DNA of 64,000 nt from Chrysomallon squamiferum (lineage: Eukaryota > Animalia > Mollusca), in contig CM022666.1 of NCBI GenBank assembly GCA_012295275.1, forward strand, positions 2,542,001 to 2,606,000, read 5' to 3'. The first letter of the stretch is position 1. Each line of letters begins with the position of its first letter. The notes beneath the pieces were generated by a model. The model was not told the origin of the DNA, made no database searches, and saw nothing but the letters and a program-made list of their open reading frames with translations. Of this stretch, positions 1 through 15,600 are shown one piece after another. Position numbers and translations under genes: made by a program.

Positions 1-98
1 AACAAACAAACAAATAAAACAAAAAAAAAATAAATAATTCATTAATTAATAGGTTAATTATTTAATGTAATAAAAAAAAAAAGGAAAAATGTTTTTAC

Positions 99-546
99 CT
101 GTAGATCCAACAGCAACTACCGCAACAGCGAGCAGCGTGATCCTATAAGCGACATCTTCCGGCAGCAGCTGAAACCAAACGTCACAAAGGGCGATAACCA
201 GGAGCGTTATGAAAGACACGATGTACCCGAACGTAATTCTCACGGGCAAACTGAGAAGCTCTACGACAGCATTGTTGATGCAGACACTGACAAACGCAAC
301 TACGATGTACGTCAGACTCATGTCGAAGATGATGGTGCTTCCAGGAAAACGGTTCTGATAGAAATCCACGGCTATGATGAAACTGTTGTACGGCAGAAGA
401 AACCCAGCTCCGGCTAGGACCAGTGCTAGATAGATACAGCTACACGGATCGCGAGGAGGGGTCACCCTGTCCCTGGGAACTGAAGACCGTCTCTTAAGCT
501 TGGGCGACCGCAGCTGACAGTAACCCCGACTTAGATTTTCATCCAT
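99..546 (-). CDS. SLC29A4: Equilibrative nucleoside transporter (ENT4/SLC29A4-like), first coding exon; gene continues beyond the left edge
   Basis: ATG at 546-544. Translation includes IYLALVLAGAGFLLPYNSFIIAVDFY (ENT TM1, GxGxLLPYNxFI motif) and further TM helices. Phase-1 donor ACAG|gtaaaa at 99/98. Upstream acceptor ttttttaaattgccag places the exon start at 629. Confidence 0.9.
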
Positions 547-1312
547 TTTGTTGTGTATCTGCAGACGTCAGAAATGTGTGATTGTATTTTGTTCTTCAGT
601 ATCTGTTAGCGGTGTTTTTCACTCGGCATCTGGCAATTTAAAAAAAGAAAAAAAACAATATTATATGTGTATGTATGTATGTATGTATGTATGTATGTAT
701 GTATGTATGTATGTATGTATATATATATATATACATATATAAAATGTATATAAGTCATATCTGAAAAAAAAATAATATGTATATTAGTATACATATGTAA
801 TAACTGCATTGTCTGGAGGATGGTAGTAGTAATAATAACACTAGCAGTAGTTTAACAATAGTATTAGTAGTTGCAGTTGAAATTGCAGCAGCAGTAGTGA
901 CATCAACAGCAACAGCAGAAGAATAACCACAACGGCGAAGACGTAAAAAAAAAAAATAGTAGTTGTTGAAAATAAATCTCAACAATAAATACTATTTTTT
1001 TCTGTGCGTTTCTTTTGTCGCACACTGTATATCATAATGGCGTAAACCTCTTGTAATATTTATGAAAAGAAATCTTTTTGCAAAACAACAGAAGACAGAA
1101 GCAATGAGTTGCTGCCTAGATATAGGATTAGCGTTTTGAGAAATGTTCTCGTTGTATTCAGAAAGCCTCTTGAATATAAATAGCATGTAGTTCACTGAAG
1201 TGTAAGAATTACGACCGTTCGTTAACAGAAACGAGAAACCATAATGAAAGAATGCAATGTTGAAGTGACTATTTATTATACAAGCAAATTCATGCTCTCT
1301 ATGAATCGTTTT

Positions 1313-1315
<3 letters not shown>

Positions 1316-1381
<66 letters not shown>
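1316..1381. repeat. (AG)n microsatellite
   Basis: Perfect dinucleotide run; another lies at 60862-60910. Confidence 0.98.
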
Positions 1382-1385
<4 letters not shown>

Positions 1386-1500
1386 TAAAAAAAAAAATAC
1401 ACCATTCACCGATTATTAAATTATTTTTTTGCTGTGTATTATAATAATTAAAACTGATTAATAATTTATACAAATATCAAAACAACAGAGTAGTACTCTT

Positions 1501-1547
<47 letters not shown>

Positions 1548-2210
1548 TTGTCATTATTATTAATAGTAGTAGTAACAATAGTAGTAATGATAATAGGAGG
1601 ACATTTACAACAACTATTACTATTACTACTACTACTTTTTTCTTTTTTGTTTTGCCATTCACAAAATACACAGCTACACATCAACTCTCAAACGTAATGA
1701 TACATTTTTCTACGTCGTTGTACTCCGTTTTAAACTTCACAACAGAATCAGCCGATTTATCCTCCAAATCCGGCCGAAAAATATACTAATTACCTCATTT
1801 TATTTCTGTCCATTTCGCTCTAAAAAGAAAAACCACGACTTCTACTTACAGTTCAGTTTCTCAGGATCTGTCTTGAGCAGTGCTTGCATCCATAAAGGTT
1901 TGGTTTGTTTTGAAAAATGATTTAGTTCATTGGCTATTGCACTGCCGTGAATGAAACTGGTTGTTCATCAAAATACCAGATGCATCCAAGATTAATTTCC
2001 GTTACATGATTTTGAGGTTAATAGTTTGAACTTGAAACAATAGCGGTGTAAGAGATTTTGACGAAACGTTGTCGACGTCGTCAACAATGTTAATAATACT
2101 CTCAGAAAGTAGTTTACATAGCTGTTATGAGTTGCGACCAGACCAGGAGTTATTTTTAGTTTGTTGTTTTGTTTTAATAATTACGTTACTCTTGATACTA
2201 CTACAACTTG

Positions 2211-2242
<32 letters not shown>

Positions 2243-3286
2243 TTACTACTACTACTACTACTACTACTACCAGCTATTACTACTACCAGCAACACCACAA
2301 CAAACACATGGGAAATTTCCTGATAATAAGAAAGCATTTTATATTTGGAATTATATGAATACGTGTTCTATTTTTGCCTGTTACATTGGCAGCTTCAAGG
2401 AGAAAACTATTCTTAGAAAGCAGATAATCATTACTGTCTGTTGTGGCGGTAATATACAATGGTCAATCTATGTCTTTGATAGTCTTATTTAAGCCATTTT
2501 CTTTTGTCGCAAGCCAAAAGGTATTTCAGAAACACATATTTTGGCAGTAGGCGTGATTTTGCATTAGCATTTTTATTTATAGACAACATCAACAACTACA
2601 ACGGCAATAATAATAATAATAATAATACAGTGATGATGATGAAGTTTCTATTATATAGGCAGTATTAAACTGAAAATTATTGTAGTGAAGATACAATTAC
2701 AATTATATGCAGTTGTTTCTGTGAATGCATGTGAGTGGGTGTATGTACAGAAGCTATTTTTAACAGAATGATATTTATTTTGAGGTCCAGAATATACACA
2801 CACGTTGCCAAGAATAACATAAATCACAAGACTGTATACTAAATCTGAACCTTCCATAACATGAGTTGGATATAATAAATGACCTGCCTTAGGCTACGAG
2901 TGAATATGAATATAAGCAAAGTAAAAACCCGCTGTAACATTTATAATTCGTAAGCATCTTTAGGATGTATTTATATTCAAAAGTATTACTATTGTTATCA
3001 CTACTACTACTACTATATATTATTACTACTACTACTACTACTGTTACTACTACAGTTACTACTACTACTACTACTACTTCTGATTCTGCTGCTACTGCTA
3101 CTACAACTATGGTTTATTTATTTATTATTTTGTTTTTATATTTTTTATTACTTTTATGTATTTTTTGTTTTTTTACTAAAGGTTACCGAGATTTCATAAT
3201 CCATATAATATTTTCGATTTTGCTAAATGACATAAAACACACACACATTTTAGAAAAGAAGATGACGATATTATAACAAGCCTTAC

Positions 3287-3720
3287 CTTTTGAAAATGCA
3301 CGTTCTAACGCCGGCAGGACATTACGTACCTTATATATTCTAATAAATCAGCGTCCAGTTTTCGTAACAGCGTCAGATTACTTTAACAAAATGGCTTCTG
3401 GAACAGAAACACTGCTGCAAAAACAGCGCCGCAAGAAATTCCTCGTACGTCACCACCAATCGATATGCTACGATTCGAAGCATATTCTCCTTTACGATTC
3501 TCATTTGCGGTCTTGACTAAGCAGCGGTAATCGATAATTACCAATCGATAACTAAATGAAGTCTCAGCCAAAGGTGGTGTCCTCTGATTTATCAGACGAC
3601 TAAACAAAATCCTCCCCCCCCCAATTAAAACAAAAACGACGAATGATCATCTGAAGATTTCGAAAACAAACATGGCGTGATCCCGCCTACAAACTTCGAT
3701 TATTCTAATGGCTTCTGTAG
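3287..3720 (-). promoter_or_regulatory. Candidate CpG-rich promoter / non-coding first exon of the ENT4-like gene
   Basis: Locally CpG-rich, low-repeat stretch. Minus-strand donor AAAG|gtaagg at 3287/3286. YY1-like AACATGGCG near 3670. A second candidate donor (gtaagt) lies near 1849. No transcript evidence. Confidence 0.3.
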
Positions 3721-4451
3721 CGTGGGTATATATGCGTTTGATTTTTGTCACTGTGTATCGGTATGTATGACAGTGTAAAAAAATATATATACGTATGTAC
3801 TTAATTCCCGATCCAACCAGGACTACACAGTGGAATATGTATTTCTGTATGTAGAAAAATGCTTATAAAATGTTTTCTGTTTATCACAGTCTCTTTACAA
3901 AATAGCTCAACACAAGGTAATCATTAATATAAATGTGTTTATAATAGTAATATCAACAACATCACATCACCACTATTACCATTAACAACAATAACTTTGT
4001 TAAACATTTATTCACTATTTTATTCAGCAATTAAACATACACTGGTTTTTCAACGTCGTAGTGTTACTGAAATCTGACACGTATATATTTTAAAATAGAA
4101 AACTTTAAAAAAATGATAATAAAATATGTTTTCTTCATTCATTCGTTCACCCACATACTGGCTAAAAATCAGCGTCTACAAAAAAATAGGCTATTGAAAA
4201 GAAAGATGGACAGGCGTACCACAGTAACAAATGTGACAATTAATCCCGTTTAGCGAATTCTGTTTTAACCAAAGCACGTAACTGGTTTATCTAACTTCGT
4301 GATACATGCTCCATTATTTAGTGGTAGATGTATCTGAAGATATCGTGCTGCTGATCAACAAGATTACGTAATTAGTTAAATGACAGCAGCAAGTGTTACG
4401 TGTTACTATTACTAGTACTGCCATTACAACATTACTACTGCTATTAATAAA

Positions 4452-4485
<34 letters not shown>

Positions 4486-5267
4486 GCAGTGATGATACCA
4501 AATAACGGTTAAGAAAGGAATATCGTTGTTTACATCTAACTAATTGCTACTAGTTACAACCCGATCTCGTATACATGTAAGAAATAGACGTAATTTGTAG
4601 ACTCTTTTCATAAAAGAGTTCCAGATCATGAGTCAATAACTCTAAATGTCCAAAACCGAACCAGACGAACATCACTAAGGCTGTAAGTCCAGAATTTCTA
4701 AAAACGAATGGCGTGCTATATTTTATGGATATTTCTTATGAATGAGACTCGAGTTAACAGTCAGTTTTGGGTTTCTTTTCAAGACTGGCAGAGAATTTTC
4801 TTTAATATTATTACGAAGAAATATAATAATTGCCTATCTACATTTATGAATACATACGGTGAATACATACATACATAGACGCATGCGAGCATACACACAT
4901 ACATACACATACATATATATTGTATACATACACATATACATACATAAACACAAAAATACATACATACATACATACATACATACATAAATACATACATACA
5001 TACATAGATAAATAAATACATAGGGCGGTATATCTAAAGGAGGATTCCTCTATAGTATTAATTGTTTGTTTTTATTAAACAAACAAAAACAGAATATTAT
5101 ATTTCTTAACTAACAATAAATAATATTTACGAAACGTGTGGAAAAGAAAACTTTTGGACGATAATACTAAAAAGAAACCAATACTGAAGTTTAGCATATA
5201 GCAAAATATTTCAAACACTGTTATGAAACTATACCATTGCATTCTGGTGGTAATACAATAGACAGTT

Positions 5268-5435
5268 TGCAGAAATCAGAAATTTATGTATGTATTTTGT
5301 CCTCCGGTATCTGTTACCGGTATTTAAGAATCAGCATCCGGTAATTTAAAGAAGAAGAAGAAGAAGAAGAAGAAAACAGTTGTATGTGTATGTATAGAAC
5401 ATATGTGAGTTAAACTGGAAGAAAAAAGTTAATAT
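5268..5435 (-). repeat. Diverged duplicate of the ENT4 5'UTR/acceptor region (560-778)
   Basis: 5268-5350 aligns ungapped to 560-642 with about 65/83 identities; similarity continues through the A-rich and TATG tracts. Confidence 0.85.
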
Positions 5436-6254
5436 TTGGTGAAAATATCATAGATATATTTAAAATAACAATAATATGTGCATGTGTGTGTGTGTGTGTT
5501 AATATTGATCAGGTTAGTTTTAAGTCTGTAAATATTTATGTGTGATATAGATATCTAATATAAAGCTTCGTAAGTTCAAGGATACTAGTGACAAAGCAAA
5601 ATGGAGAATATTCACACAGAACCAGTAATATGTATCACAGCATGGCGTAACCATAGTTACTGTCGGATATCAAGGATGATAATTTCCGGGAAATAAATAA
5701 TTTAAATAATGAATATAATTTTAAAGGGCGTTATCACAAACACGGATATATAATTTATATGTATTAAACATTAAACTTGCATAACAGTTGAATTTAAGAA
5801 TATTTATATTTATTTGTAAGAAATGCGGAATAAATATTCTATGGAAATAATGACTAAACTGTAGTAATGTAATAAACATTTTATGACATTTAATCGAAAC
5901 TATTTTTGTCTAGATCTGTTTTCTATTTTTTTTTTTTTTTTTTTTTTGTCATCAGCTGTCTTTATCGAAAGGTGTTTAAAATACTGATATCCTTGGATGT
6001 CCGTTTTGATAGATGAAGGTCATAAATTCCGTTTCAACAAAATCACGTAAATCTAGGTCAATTACCGTTGACCTTCGCAAGGGTCGAGAAACCGTCAGTT
6101 CCCACACCCTAGATGTAATAATGTACGCCATAGACTTTACTCTTTCCTTTTTCATTGTACCTGTGTTTCAGGTATCATATGTACATATTATTTCGTCAGC
6201 CCATCCATATCAGTAAATATAATTCACGTATAGAGTGATGCTCATACTTTGCTT

Positions 6255-6690
6255 ACGTATACACAGGTAAAACTGACAATACATATATAATTATACCATA
6301 ACATAAATACACCACATGCATACGTAAATAAATACACACATGCATACATACACATATAAAAATGTTATATGCATATATATACATAGACACAAACTTACAC
6401 AAGGAAACGTACATATACATACACATATTTACATACATACATACATACACATACATATATATATACACATACATGCATACACACACACATCAACACACAT
6501 AAAGACAAATAAAACATCAACATACAAACACACATATACATACAGATATACATACATACACACATACATACACACATACATGCATACAAATATATACATA
6601 CATATAAACATACATACATATACATATTTTAAAAACGTACATATATACATGCATACATACATACATACATACATACATACATACATACAT

Positions 6691-6723
<33 letters not shown>

Positions 6724-6725
6724 TA
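6255..6725. repeat. Compound (ACAT)n/(AC)n/(AT)n microsatellite field
   Basis: Directly visible; similar fields at 668-740 and 4860-5020. Confidence 0.95.
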
Positions 6726-7095
6726 TATAAATATTTTATCAAGTGGCTTTCAAATTATGATCGCTTAACAGCAATTTTTTATTTTCTTTTTTTATTTAAA
6801 TCGAAAAGGTCAACGTGCCCCTATCGACTTTATTCCAGCTACATGTACATGTACGTCTGAATACGTCAAACAAAGGCGTGACAGGAATTAGGTAATTTTA
6901 ACGACACGCGATATAGCCAACGGCATACTGTAACTTTTCTAAGTGACTTTGAAACCTTCGCTTGTCGTTGTTGACAAGAGAGAGTGACTACTGTTGTGTT
7001 AGGTTTACTTACGTAACACCGCTCGTTATTGATGATTAACGTGCGTTTTAGAAGTGCTTAGGTACGAATTTACACACCCAAACAGAGATATATAT

Positions 7096-7141
<46 letters not shown>

Positions 7142-7602
7142 TTATTTATTTATTTATACAGTCACTTACAAACATTCAAATAACCGGAGCACGCACACAC
7201 ATACACGCGCACGCTCGCACATTCACAAATACGCTGTCTCAATACTTCTTCGATATGACGTCATGAGTATTAAAACAATATGAGGAAATGATGTCACCCG
7301 TAATGCACTAGAATGTATCACAGGCCAAATACAATCTGAAAATATTTTTTAAACTTGTAGATTACTGTTTTATTTATGCTATGTTCTCTTTACAGGAATT
7401 ATAAGTACATATGTTACAAGTCTATTATTGTAATGTTTGTTTTGTTTATTTTTTTTTTATTTTTATTTTTTTTAAATTAAATTTGCTAGTTTGATTCAAG
7501 TTAAAGAAAGGCCAAAAAATAATAATAAAAAATAATAAAGAAAGAAAGAAGAAAGAAAGAAAACGAAAAAGAAGAAAAACATCATAATAATAATAATAAT
7601 AA

Positions 7603-7633
<31 letters not shown>

Positions 7634-8146
7634 AAGAAGAAGAAGAAGAAGAAGAAAACGAAAAAGAAGAAGAAGAAGAAAAATAATAATAAAACTCATA
7701 TTTGGCTTGTTTCTTCTTTAATTTTTGTGACAGTTAAGAAAACAATAGTCTTCCATTACGAATACATTTCGTATCTTACTACCATATTTTAGACTGAAAA
7801 TTCTGACAATAAATCTTCAACGTCAGACTTTTCTGAATAATACACAGTATGAACAGCAGCACAGGCTAACAACTATTTACTGTGTTTGTTTGACACCATT
7901 TTGTGACTTCAGCTGTTTTGAAATGTACGGCACGTTTTTACAATGATAACCTGCGCAGACGTACTATACTTCTCAAGTGATGCTATTTTTACACATCACA
8001 CTTGTAAATAATTTTGAAGTTACTATAAATTAATTCCTTTTTAAAGCACTTCTATTTTAGGTGCAAACAGATATTTATGCAGAATTTACCTGGATTGATT
8101 CATTGTTTCAATAAATAACGGCAAAAAATTGTTTTTAATTCTCTCT

Positions 8147-8232
<86 letters not shown>

Positions 8233-11200
8233 GCTGTTGTTGTTGTTGTTGTAAATGTCAGCTTTCATTTTACTAACTTAAACCATTTCATGTTTGTTTG
8301 TACAACAACAAAAGGAAATACAAATAATGAAATAATTCGTAAACATTTATCATCGTCTAGTCTTTTGATTAATTTTATTATCGTTTTACTTCTTTCTAAC
8401 GGTATTTGTTTCGTCAGCTTTCTTGACATATTTTATGAACAATGAATTCATTACATGTTTGTAGGTACCTAGTGGACCTCTTCATATGGCAAACACTACG
8501 TAAAGTTTATAACCGTTTCCAGTATATTCCGAAATAATTGATGTCACTATGGGTTTTTTGTTGTTTTTTTTTTTTTTTTTTTTTTTAAATTTAATTTGAT
8601 TTTTGAAAGGGTTTGGAAGAGTGCTCATGCAATACCATTGTTGTTGGTGTTTTGTTTCTTTTTGTGTTTGTTTGTTGTTGTTGTTTTAAAATATGTTTAC
8701 ACTGACCAAGAATCAAATAAAGGAGGAAAAAAAAAATAACGATGTTAGTACTTTGAAAAGGCACACGCTATAAATCAAAAAAATATATAAAAAAATCAAA
8801 TAATAATAATAATAAGAATAATAATAATAATAAGAAGAATAATAAATAAATAAATAAATAAATAAATAAATGGCGTTGAGATGGACAGCCAAGTAGTATA
8901 TACTAAAAATCAAAACGAGGCTTGCCGAGGAAAGGGGACCTGTTGTCGATTCTTTCATGTTAACGTTGTTAGAATCCTAGATTTCAAAATTGAACATAAA
9001 TTCTGGAGAGTGGCAATGTATATAATACTGTATCTTTATTCAAGTAAGCGAATATATCTTTTTTGATACACACGCAATTTAATAATTATTATGCTGAATA
9101 AAATACTACTTGTAATATAATCAAGAACTATTTTCTTGCTTAAAAATAATAAAATGATTATTACATATTCTTGTACAAAACAAGGGTATTTATATGAAAT
9201 GCTGATAAAACAAAATTGTTCATTGCCATGCATGTATTTCCAGTTTTTATCACATAAAGAAAAGAATAATTAAATAATTACAAGATCACGAGGTCCACAT
9301 TATATTTTTTCTTCTTTTCCATACGATTATAATTCAACAAAAATAAAACGCAAAGACGTATGTGTTTAAAACAAAAAATCTTTATTTTCCGACAAAGACC
9401 TGGTTAAACATCTATATGTGCAAATTTTACTACTTCATGAATAAAACATAAAACATTTTCTAAGAACATTTATTACAATGACACTCTGAAATAGTACAGG
9501 TTCAACAAACATGAATCAAGGTGGGGGGAAAAAAAAAAAAAGTTGCACCATGGAGAGAAATTGGGAATGTTGCCATTTTAACTATCGTTGTTTAAATTTG
9601 TTTTTTCTAAAAATTTTATGAGCTGCAAATTCAATATATCTGACAGAAAAAAATATCCATTAATTTTAAATGTCCTTTTAATAATAACACATACAAATTT
9701 ATTATGACTTTATTTTTTCCTAACAAATTTCTATAATAATGTTTTTGCCAATACACTTTTATCTTGAATAATCTCAAAAACCAGAATAGAATTTAAGTAT
9801 AATGCCATATGAACACATTAAAAATATCAGTACTGTCTTTTAAAGCAAAAAAAACAAAACAACAACAAACATTTAATGGCAATTATTTCCCCATGAACTG
9901 ACTGAAACCATTTGATACAGAGACTAAATGAACGTGGCTTTATAAAGTAAAAATGAAAAACTTAAATATTGCATCTACAAAATGTATAATTTTCTAACAT
10001 CACCCTGTACTTGGATAAACAAGTAAAAATTTACATGTGCTGCATTTGTGTTTTTTTTCTTCGTTTTTTCTTCATAAAATACAAGATTAGAAAAAGTGAA
10101 AATAGGTTTTAAAAAACATTTCTTAAATTTTTTTTTAAATTTAAGTTGCACCTGCTTGTTAATGAGACAGTATTGAAATATTTTTTTTAATTTGTGGAGC
10201 CAGCTGACTGAAAATAACTAGTGCAGTTCATGATCAATAACACCTTCACTATCTCAAGAAAGGCAACACAAATTGCTTCCCACCAAATGATCAGCATTTA
10301 ATAAGAAACACATTTTAGTTAGAGCTAATGATGCTTTTGTGAAGTTTTTATATATACTTTTTTAAAATATCTTTTTCATGAACTGCATTATAGAATCGGT
10401 TCAGCTCCCCATTTAGCCAAATTCTACAAATAGTTCAGCACTCAGAACTGTACTATTAATTTTGTTAAAATACAACATGAAAGGAATGTAAATAATTCTT
10501 GATTATGGAGTTTTAAAGGATAAAATATCATGCAATAAGATTTAAAAACAAAAGCCATTCTCCCTTTCTAAATTACTTACTGCATCACACGACTTCACTG
10601 AAATGTACTATCAAAATGTTATCCTGTTCTGACTATAAACTGTGTGATATGAAATGAAAACTAAAACATTAATCTGGCTGGCACAGGGTTTCACAAACAG
10701 TCACACACAATCCAAATATTCAGACACTTCCACCAAACCATGATTTGTCTTCCACTCAATTTCACAAACACCCAAATTGAACAACATTTAACACACTTTT
10801 TTTCTATACTGCAAAGCAGAAATGCTAAAGGAAATGCTAATTTTTACCCCCTATATTAAAGGTATCTTACTGAAAGCCTACATTTTAAAAAAATGTATAA
10901 AAGATTTTGTGGTATACAACAATATCAACATTTATTTTCACCTTCTGTACTAGCAATTTTCATAATACTCCATGTTGCCATGAAGTTTTATTAATTGTCT
11001 CTCATTTTACTATTTAATTTTCTCAGTTCTAATCTATGTTAACAAATTTTGCACACATCTATTTAACATTTTAAATTGTGAAATGAAACCAAGTTGGAGG
11101 CATAAAAATGTCATGTTTGGTTTCCAAGGCATTTATTAAAAAAAAAAAAAAAAAATTAGAAATTTGATGGATGAAAAGGAAATACATAAGATGATCCTAT

Positions 11201-12397
11201 AAACAGGTTTTAAATTTTAATGCAAGCTGTATTTTATGCTTTAACATCTCATTTATTAAATTTACTCAGATACAGCTTACAGCATTAATAAATAATTGTG
11301 ATATACAGTTCTTTTTATTTTCAAATAAAATATTAATGCTGGAGATTCAGAATTTTTCTTTTTCTTTAAATGTCACTTTCACATTTTCTGCAATAATATA
11401 TCTAAGCTATGCTAAAATCATTTATATACAAAGCTTAAAAGAAACACCAACAATTCAGATATCATCATCACCAAAAAAAGTACAATGCCACTATTTCTGT
11501 ATAGCAATACACTGAAAATTATTTATCATCCTGTACATGATACCATTGTTTCATCACAATTATGTATGTTCTAACAATAAAAAAAAACTCTAAAAACAAA
11601 ATAAGAAAGAAAAAAGAAAAAACAACAACCTTTCTGATTATTGAAATAAAACTGTGTACATAATTATGTAAATTACAAAATATAAACATCATTAAAAAAA
11701 ATTTAAAAAACATTTATATTATTAATAGTAATAATAATAATCATAATGAAGATATTAATAAAAGTAATAATTTAGTTGTAATAACACTAATAAAATGAAA
11801 CTTTAAAGAAACATTAAAATCATTTGTGCATTTTTTATATATATATGTATATACTAGGATATAGGTTAATGTAAAATGTACAGTTGCTAAACAAATGTTG
11901 CAACACAGAATTCCTGATTCTGTGTCATTTAAAAAAAAAATTTTTTTTTTTTTTTTTACTAGCAGATCTTCTCTGCTCTTGTTTACTAGTTAATGCTTTT
12001 CTTGAAACTCTTCTCAGAATGACTTTAACCTAGGTTGGGTTAAAATGCATAATAATTCTTTATGAAGAACATTTCATTTTTTTTTTAAACACTTGTTCAA
12101 AATATTCAACATTAATTAAAACCCCTAAGAAATCAATTTCTGATTATTTTTTTCCTTCCAAACATTTAAACAGCCTTCTTAAAATTTTACTGGCTGCTCA
12201 ACATATTATATTTTTATTTTTGCTTTCATGTCAATGCTGAAAAATCTACTTTGTAAACATTTTATAAAAAGATTTCTCCTGTTTATTTATAAAGGGGAAA
12301 AAAAAAAAAAAAAAAAAATGGGAAGATAAGAGAGAGAGAGAAAAAATCACAGTTCCCTCAGAAAAGGAGAGGATAACAGACTAATACTAAACAAGTA

Positions 12398-12637
12398 TTA
12401 ATCGACGAGTATTTCAAAGTGAATGCTTCCCTGAACATGCATGCGACTGTGCTCAATGTTCTTAGCCCAGGCCTTGCACTCGATCATGATTCCGACATGT
12501 GGCTGCATATGCTTGAAGTGGGCCATTATCAGTGGCTGCAGATAACCTTTCTGATTGCGATAAGGGTAGAAGTGCATAGGGAACCCTTGTGAAGGATAGT
12601 ACTCGATCTTTCCAAGATTGTCCTGGTCACCAGGATT
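12398..12637 (-). CDS. ATP1B: ATP1B paralogue A exon 6 (terminal)
   Basis: NPGDQDNLGKIEYYPSQGFPMHFYPY...ECKAWAKNI...IHFEILVD then TAA at 12400-12398. Confidence 0.95.
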   Translation of the reverse strand, partial: NPGDQDNLGKIEYYPSQGFPMHFYPYRNQKGYLQPLIMAHFKHMQPHVGIMIECKAWAKNIEHSRMHVQGSIHFEILVD

Positions 12638-15600
12638 CTGTAATTAAAAAAGTTTTATGTAAAAACTAAAAAACATGGCCCAAACTTCTGAACTTATAAA
12701 TAAATTTATTTATATAAAAAAAATAGTAACTCCACTGCCCACTTATCTCCAAAAATCGCAAAAAACCAAAATAAAAATATTGAAAAAACAACTTAACACC
12801 TGAAAACTGTTACGTTTTTAAGATCTATCTTGGTATATTTTAGATACATACATACCAAGTACTAAAACATTACAGTCTCTGTGAATAAATTAATTGTTAA
12901 ATGCCAAAGAAAGCAAATTATATTCAAAATGTTTAATCTATTAAAATACAAATGTCAATTAAATTTTAAAGTTAATACGTGCATTTAAGAGAAAACGTTA
13001 CAGTAAATTGTTTACTGTCACATATGTGAATATGTCTTATTTTCCACATCAGCTTGGAAGAACTTTTAGGTTACCCTAACAATTATAAAAGTGTACATCA
13101 GTTTAACTTCACTGACCAAAACAAATATATATTTTGACGTACCTCGCCTTCGCATGAAATCCAAATGGCTTCATTGTTGTAAATTGCCTTTAAATCCTCA
13201 GGCATTGAATCAGGATAGGAGTTATTGTCATAGGGTTCTGGAATCCAATCGAAAATCTGCCAACAAAATATTATTTTTTTTTTTTTTTATTTAGAAAGAA
13301 CAGAAAACAGCAGAAAGTCTTGTAACCCCAGGAAAGAATATACCACAATCTTTGACAAACATGGTTCCATCATTTTCAGCCTTGTGCTCTAAAAATTCAG
13401 CTGCAACCCAGCTTTGTTCTGATCAGAGGTATTATTATTATGTATTCCATAAGTTAGCCCTTACTTACAGCTTGTATCAAGTTTAAAGATTTAGCTTGTA
13501 TGAAGTTTAATGATTTCCAGCTTTCAGTGTTTTAATTATATTGTCAAATATTTTAAAGAATTACAGTTCATTCACATTTCTTCATTTTTACATTATTCAG
13601 CATCCAAAACGTAAAATACTGTCATACATCTGTGAATTTAAAAAACAAATAAACAAAAATTGTAAAGTACCTTATTCAGTTTGAGAAGAATACATGGTGT
13701 GCCCTCTTTGTAGCCGAAGTCTTCTCCACATTTGTCTAGGACATCTGTCAGGTTTACACGGCATGCTGTTGTCTCCTTAAGTCTCATCTCTTTGCCATCA
13801 CAATCAACAATATTGTCTTCATCTTTTGGGTTAATGTATTCTTAAAAAAAAAAAAAAAAAAAAAAAAATTTAATTAAAAAAACCTAAAATAACATATTAC
13901 ATTTAAGTATAAAATAAAAATCTAAATGTTTTCCCTGAAAACCAAAAATACATTTTTTTTTTTTTTTTTTAATTTTTATAAATTATTTGGCATGTGTTCA
14001 TCATAAAAAGGAATATTTCATCTTAGAAATTAGATGAATGACAATCTCATTTATTATTTAGGTATCTGGTTACTGATATGCATTCAACTAACAAATAATA
14101 AAATTTAAAAATGTATCCTCTAAATCAAAAATCTTAGGCAAATAATAGGATGCAATTATTGATGATGAAAATTTAGTACTCATTGATTAAGATTTCTTAA
14201 ACATACATGAATGTGTTTTAAGAAGTAATTATTTACCACTGAATGTAATACAGTATTTAAATGTTTTTAAAATAACAAGCAAAAAAGAGTTATTTTTGTT
14301 TTTCATTATAGAACAATAGCTGAATATATTAATTTGAAGAAAAAACAATAAAAATCTCTAAATTATAATGTAATGTTTTTTCCTCTTTTGACATTTATTC
14401 AACAAAATACTTAGTTATTTCTTCTTGATTTAACTGAAAGTGTTCATGAGACTAACAAAACAACTATTATGCTTGTATGATAAAACCCCCAAACTGTTGG
14501 ATTTTTAATATTCATTTCTGAACTTGTTCTAGTAATAAAATATTACATAAAAATCCTTGTTTATTTTAATAACATTCTTACTTGCTAAGAACTTGTTGAT
14601 ATGGTCCACATACGGTTTAACTTGTTTGGCATTGGTTCTCTCGTACCTGATTAGAGTGGTATCCACATCTGGCATTGGTTTAAAACCAACTCCTACACAA
14701 AAGAAAATTAAAAAAATAAATAAAATGTCAAACAATATTCACAGAACACAATAATACCTGTATGCAACATAAGATCCCCTTGCTGTGTGAAAAAAAAAAA
14801 ATAGTCTATTGTTTGATGGCAACTCAGTACCAACACATTATAATTAAATTTTAAGAAATTACTAAATATTTCTACAATGAAATACTAAGCTAAAATGATG
14901 ATAATTTAATTTAACTCATTTTTCCATCAGCTGAATGCAGACAATAAAAAAATGTTACAAATTCAGACTATTTGTACATTTAAATTATTAAAATTTTTAA
15001 AGCAAAATAATGTTAACAGTGAATTTTCATCAAGATTTCTTTGCCACATTCAGTAATTCTTAAAATTTTATTGTCAAAATATAAAAACAGAAATTTTATT
15101 AAATAATTTTGTAATACACTAACACAAATGACATAATTTCTTTCTGAAAAAAATAAAATAAATAAAAAAAGGCCATATCCAAATAACGTGTAGGCAATAC
15201 CTAAAAACAAAGTATTAACAGTACTGTGAATAAAGAAATTCAGTTAAAATTGCTGTTATAAATATTTATATTACAGCAGTCAAACTATATCAGTATATGT
15301 GGATCTGAACTCATCAAAATTCTTACCTGGATTTCCTTTTAATAAACTGTCAGTACCCATAAGTTTTGGATAGTGGCCATCTAATGTCTGATAAAAGACT
15401 GCCAGAAGTCCAACAAAGAAACCTGACAAACATGTGTAGTATATCAGATAGAAAAGACCAATTTCACCTGAAAAATAGATGAACAAGATCATTATTATTA
15501 TTATTATTATCAGTGACAAATGTAAATGTATGAACCAAACTGTACATGATATCCTTATCTGAATTAAAAATTCTGCCTTCATAAGTTACATGCATTTCAA

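Noticed and set aside
548-9233. Many ORFs rich in YVCM, ERER, poly-Y/L/T/N, HTHT
   Set aside because: These are translations of microsatellites, with no domain content or splice logic. The same applies to similar ORFs at 38357-38672, 39510-39845, 42215-42794, 53999-54890 and 56441-57508.
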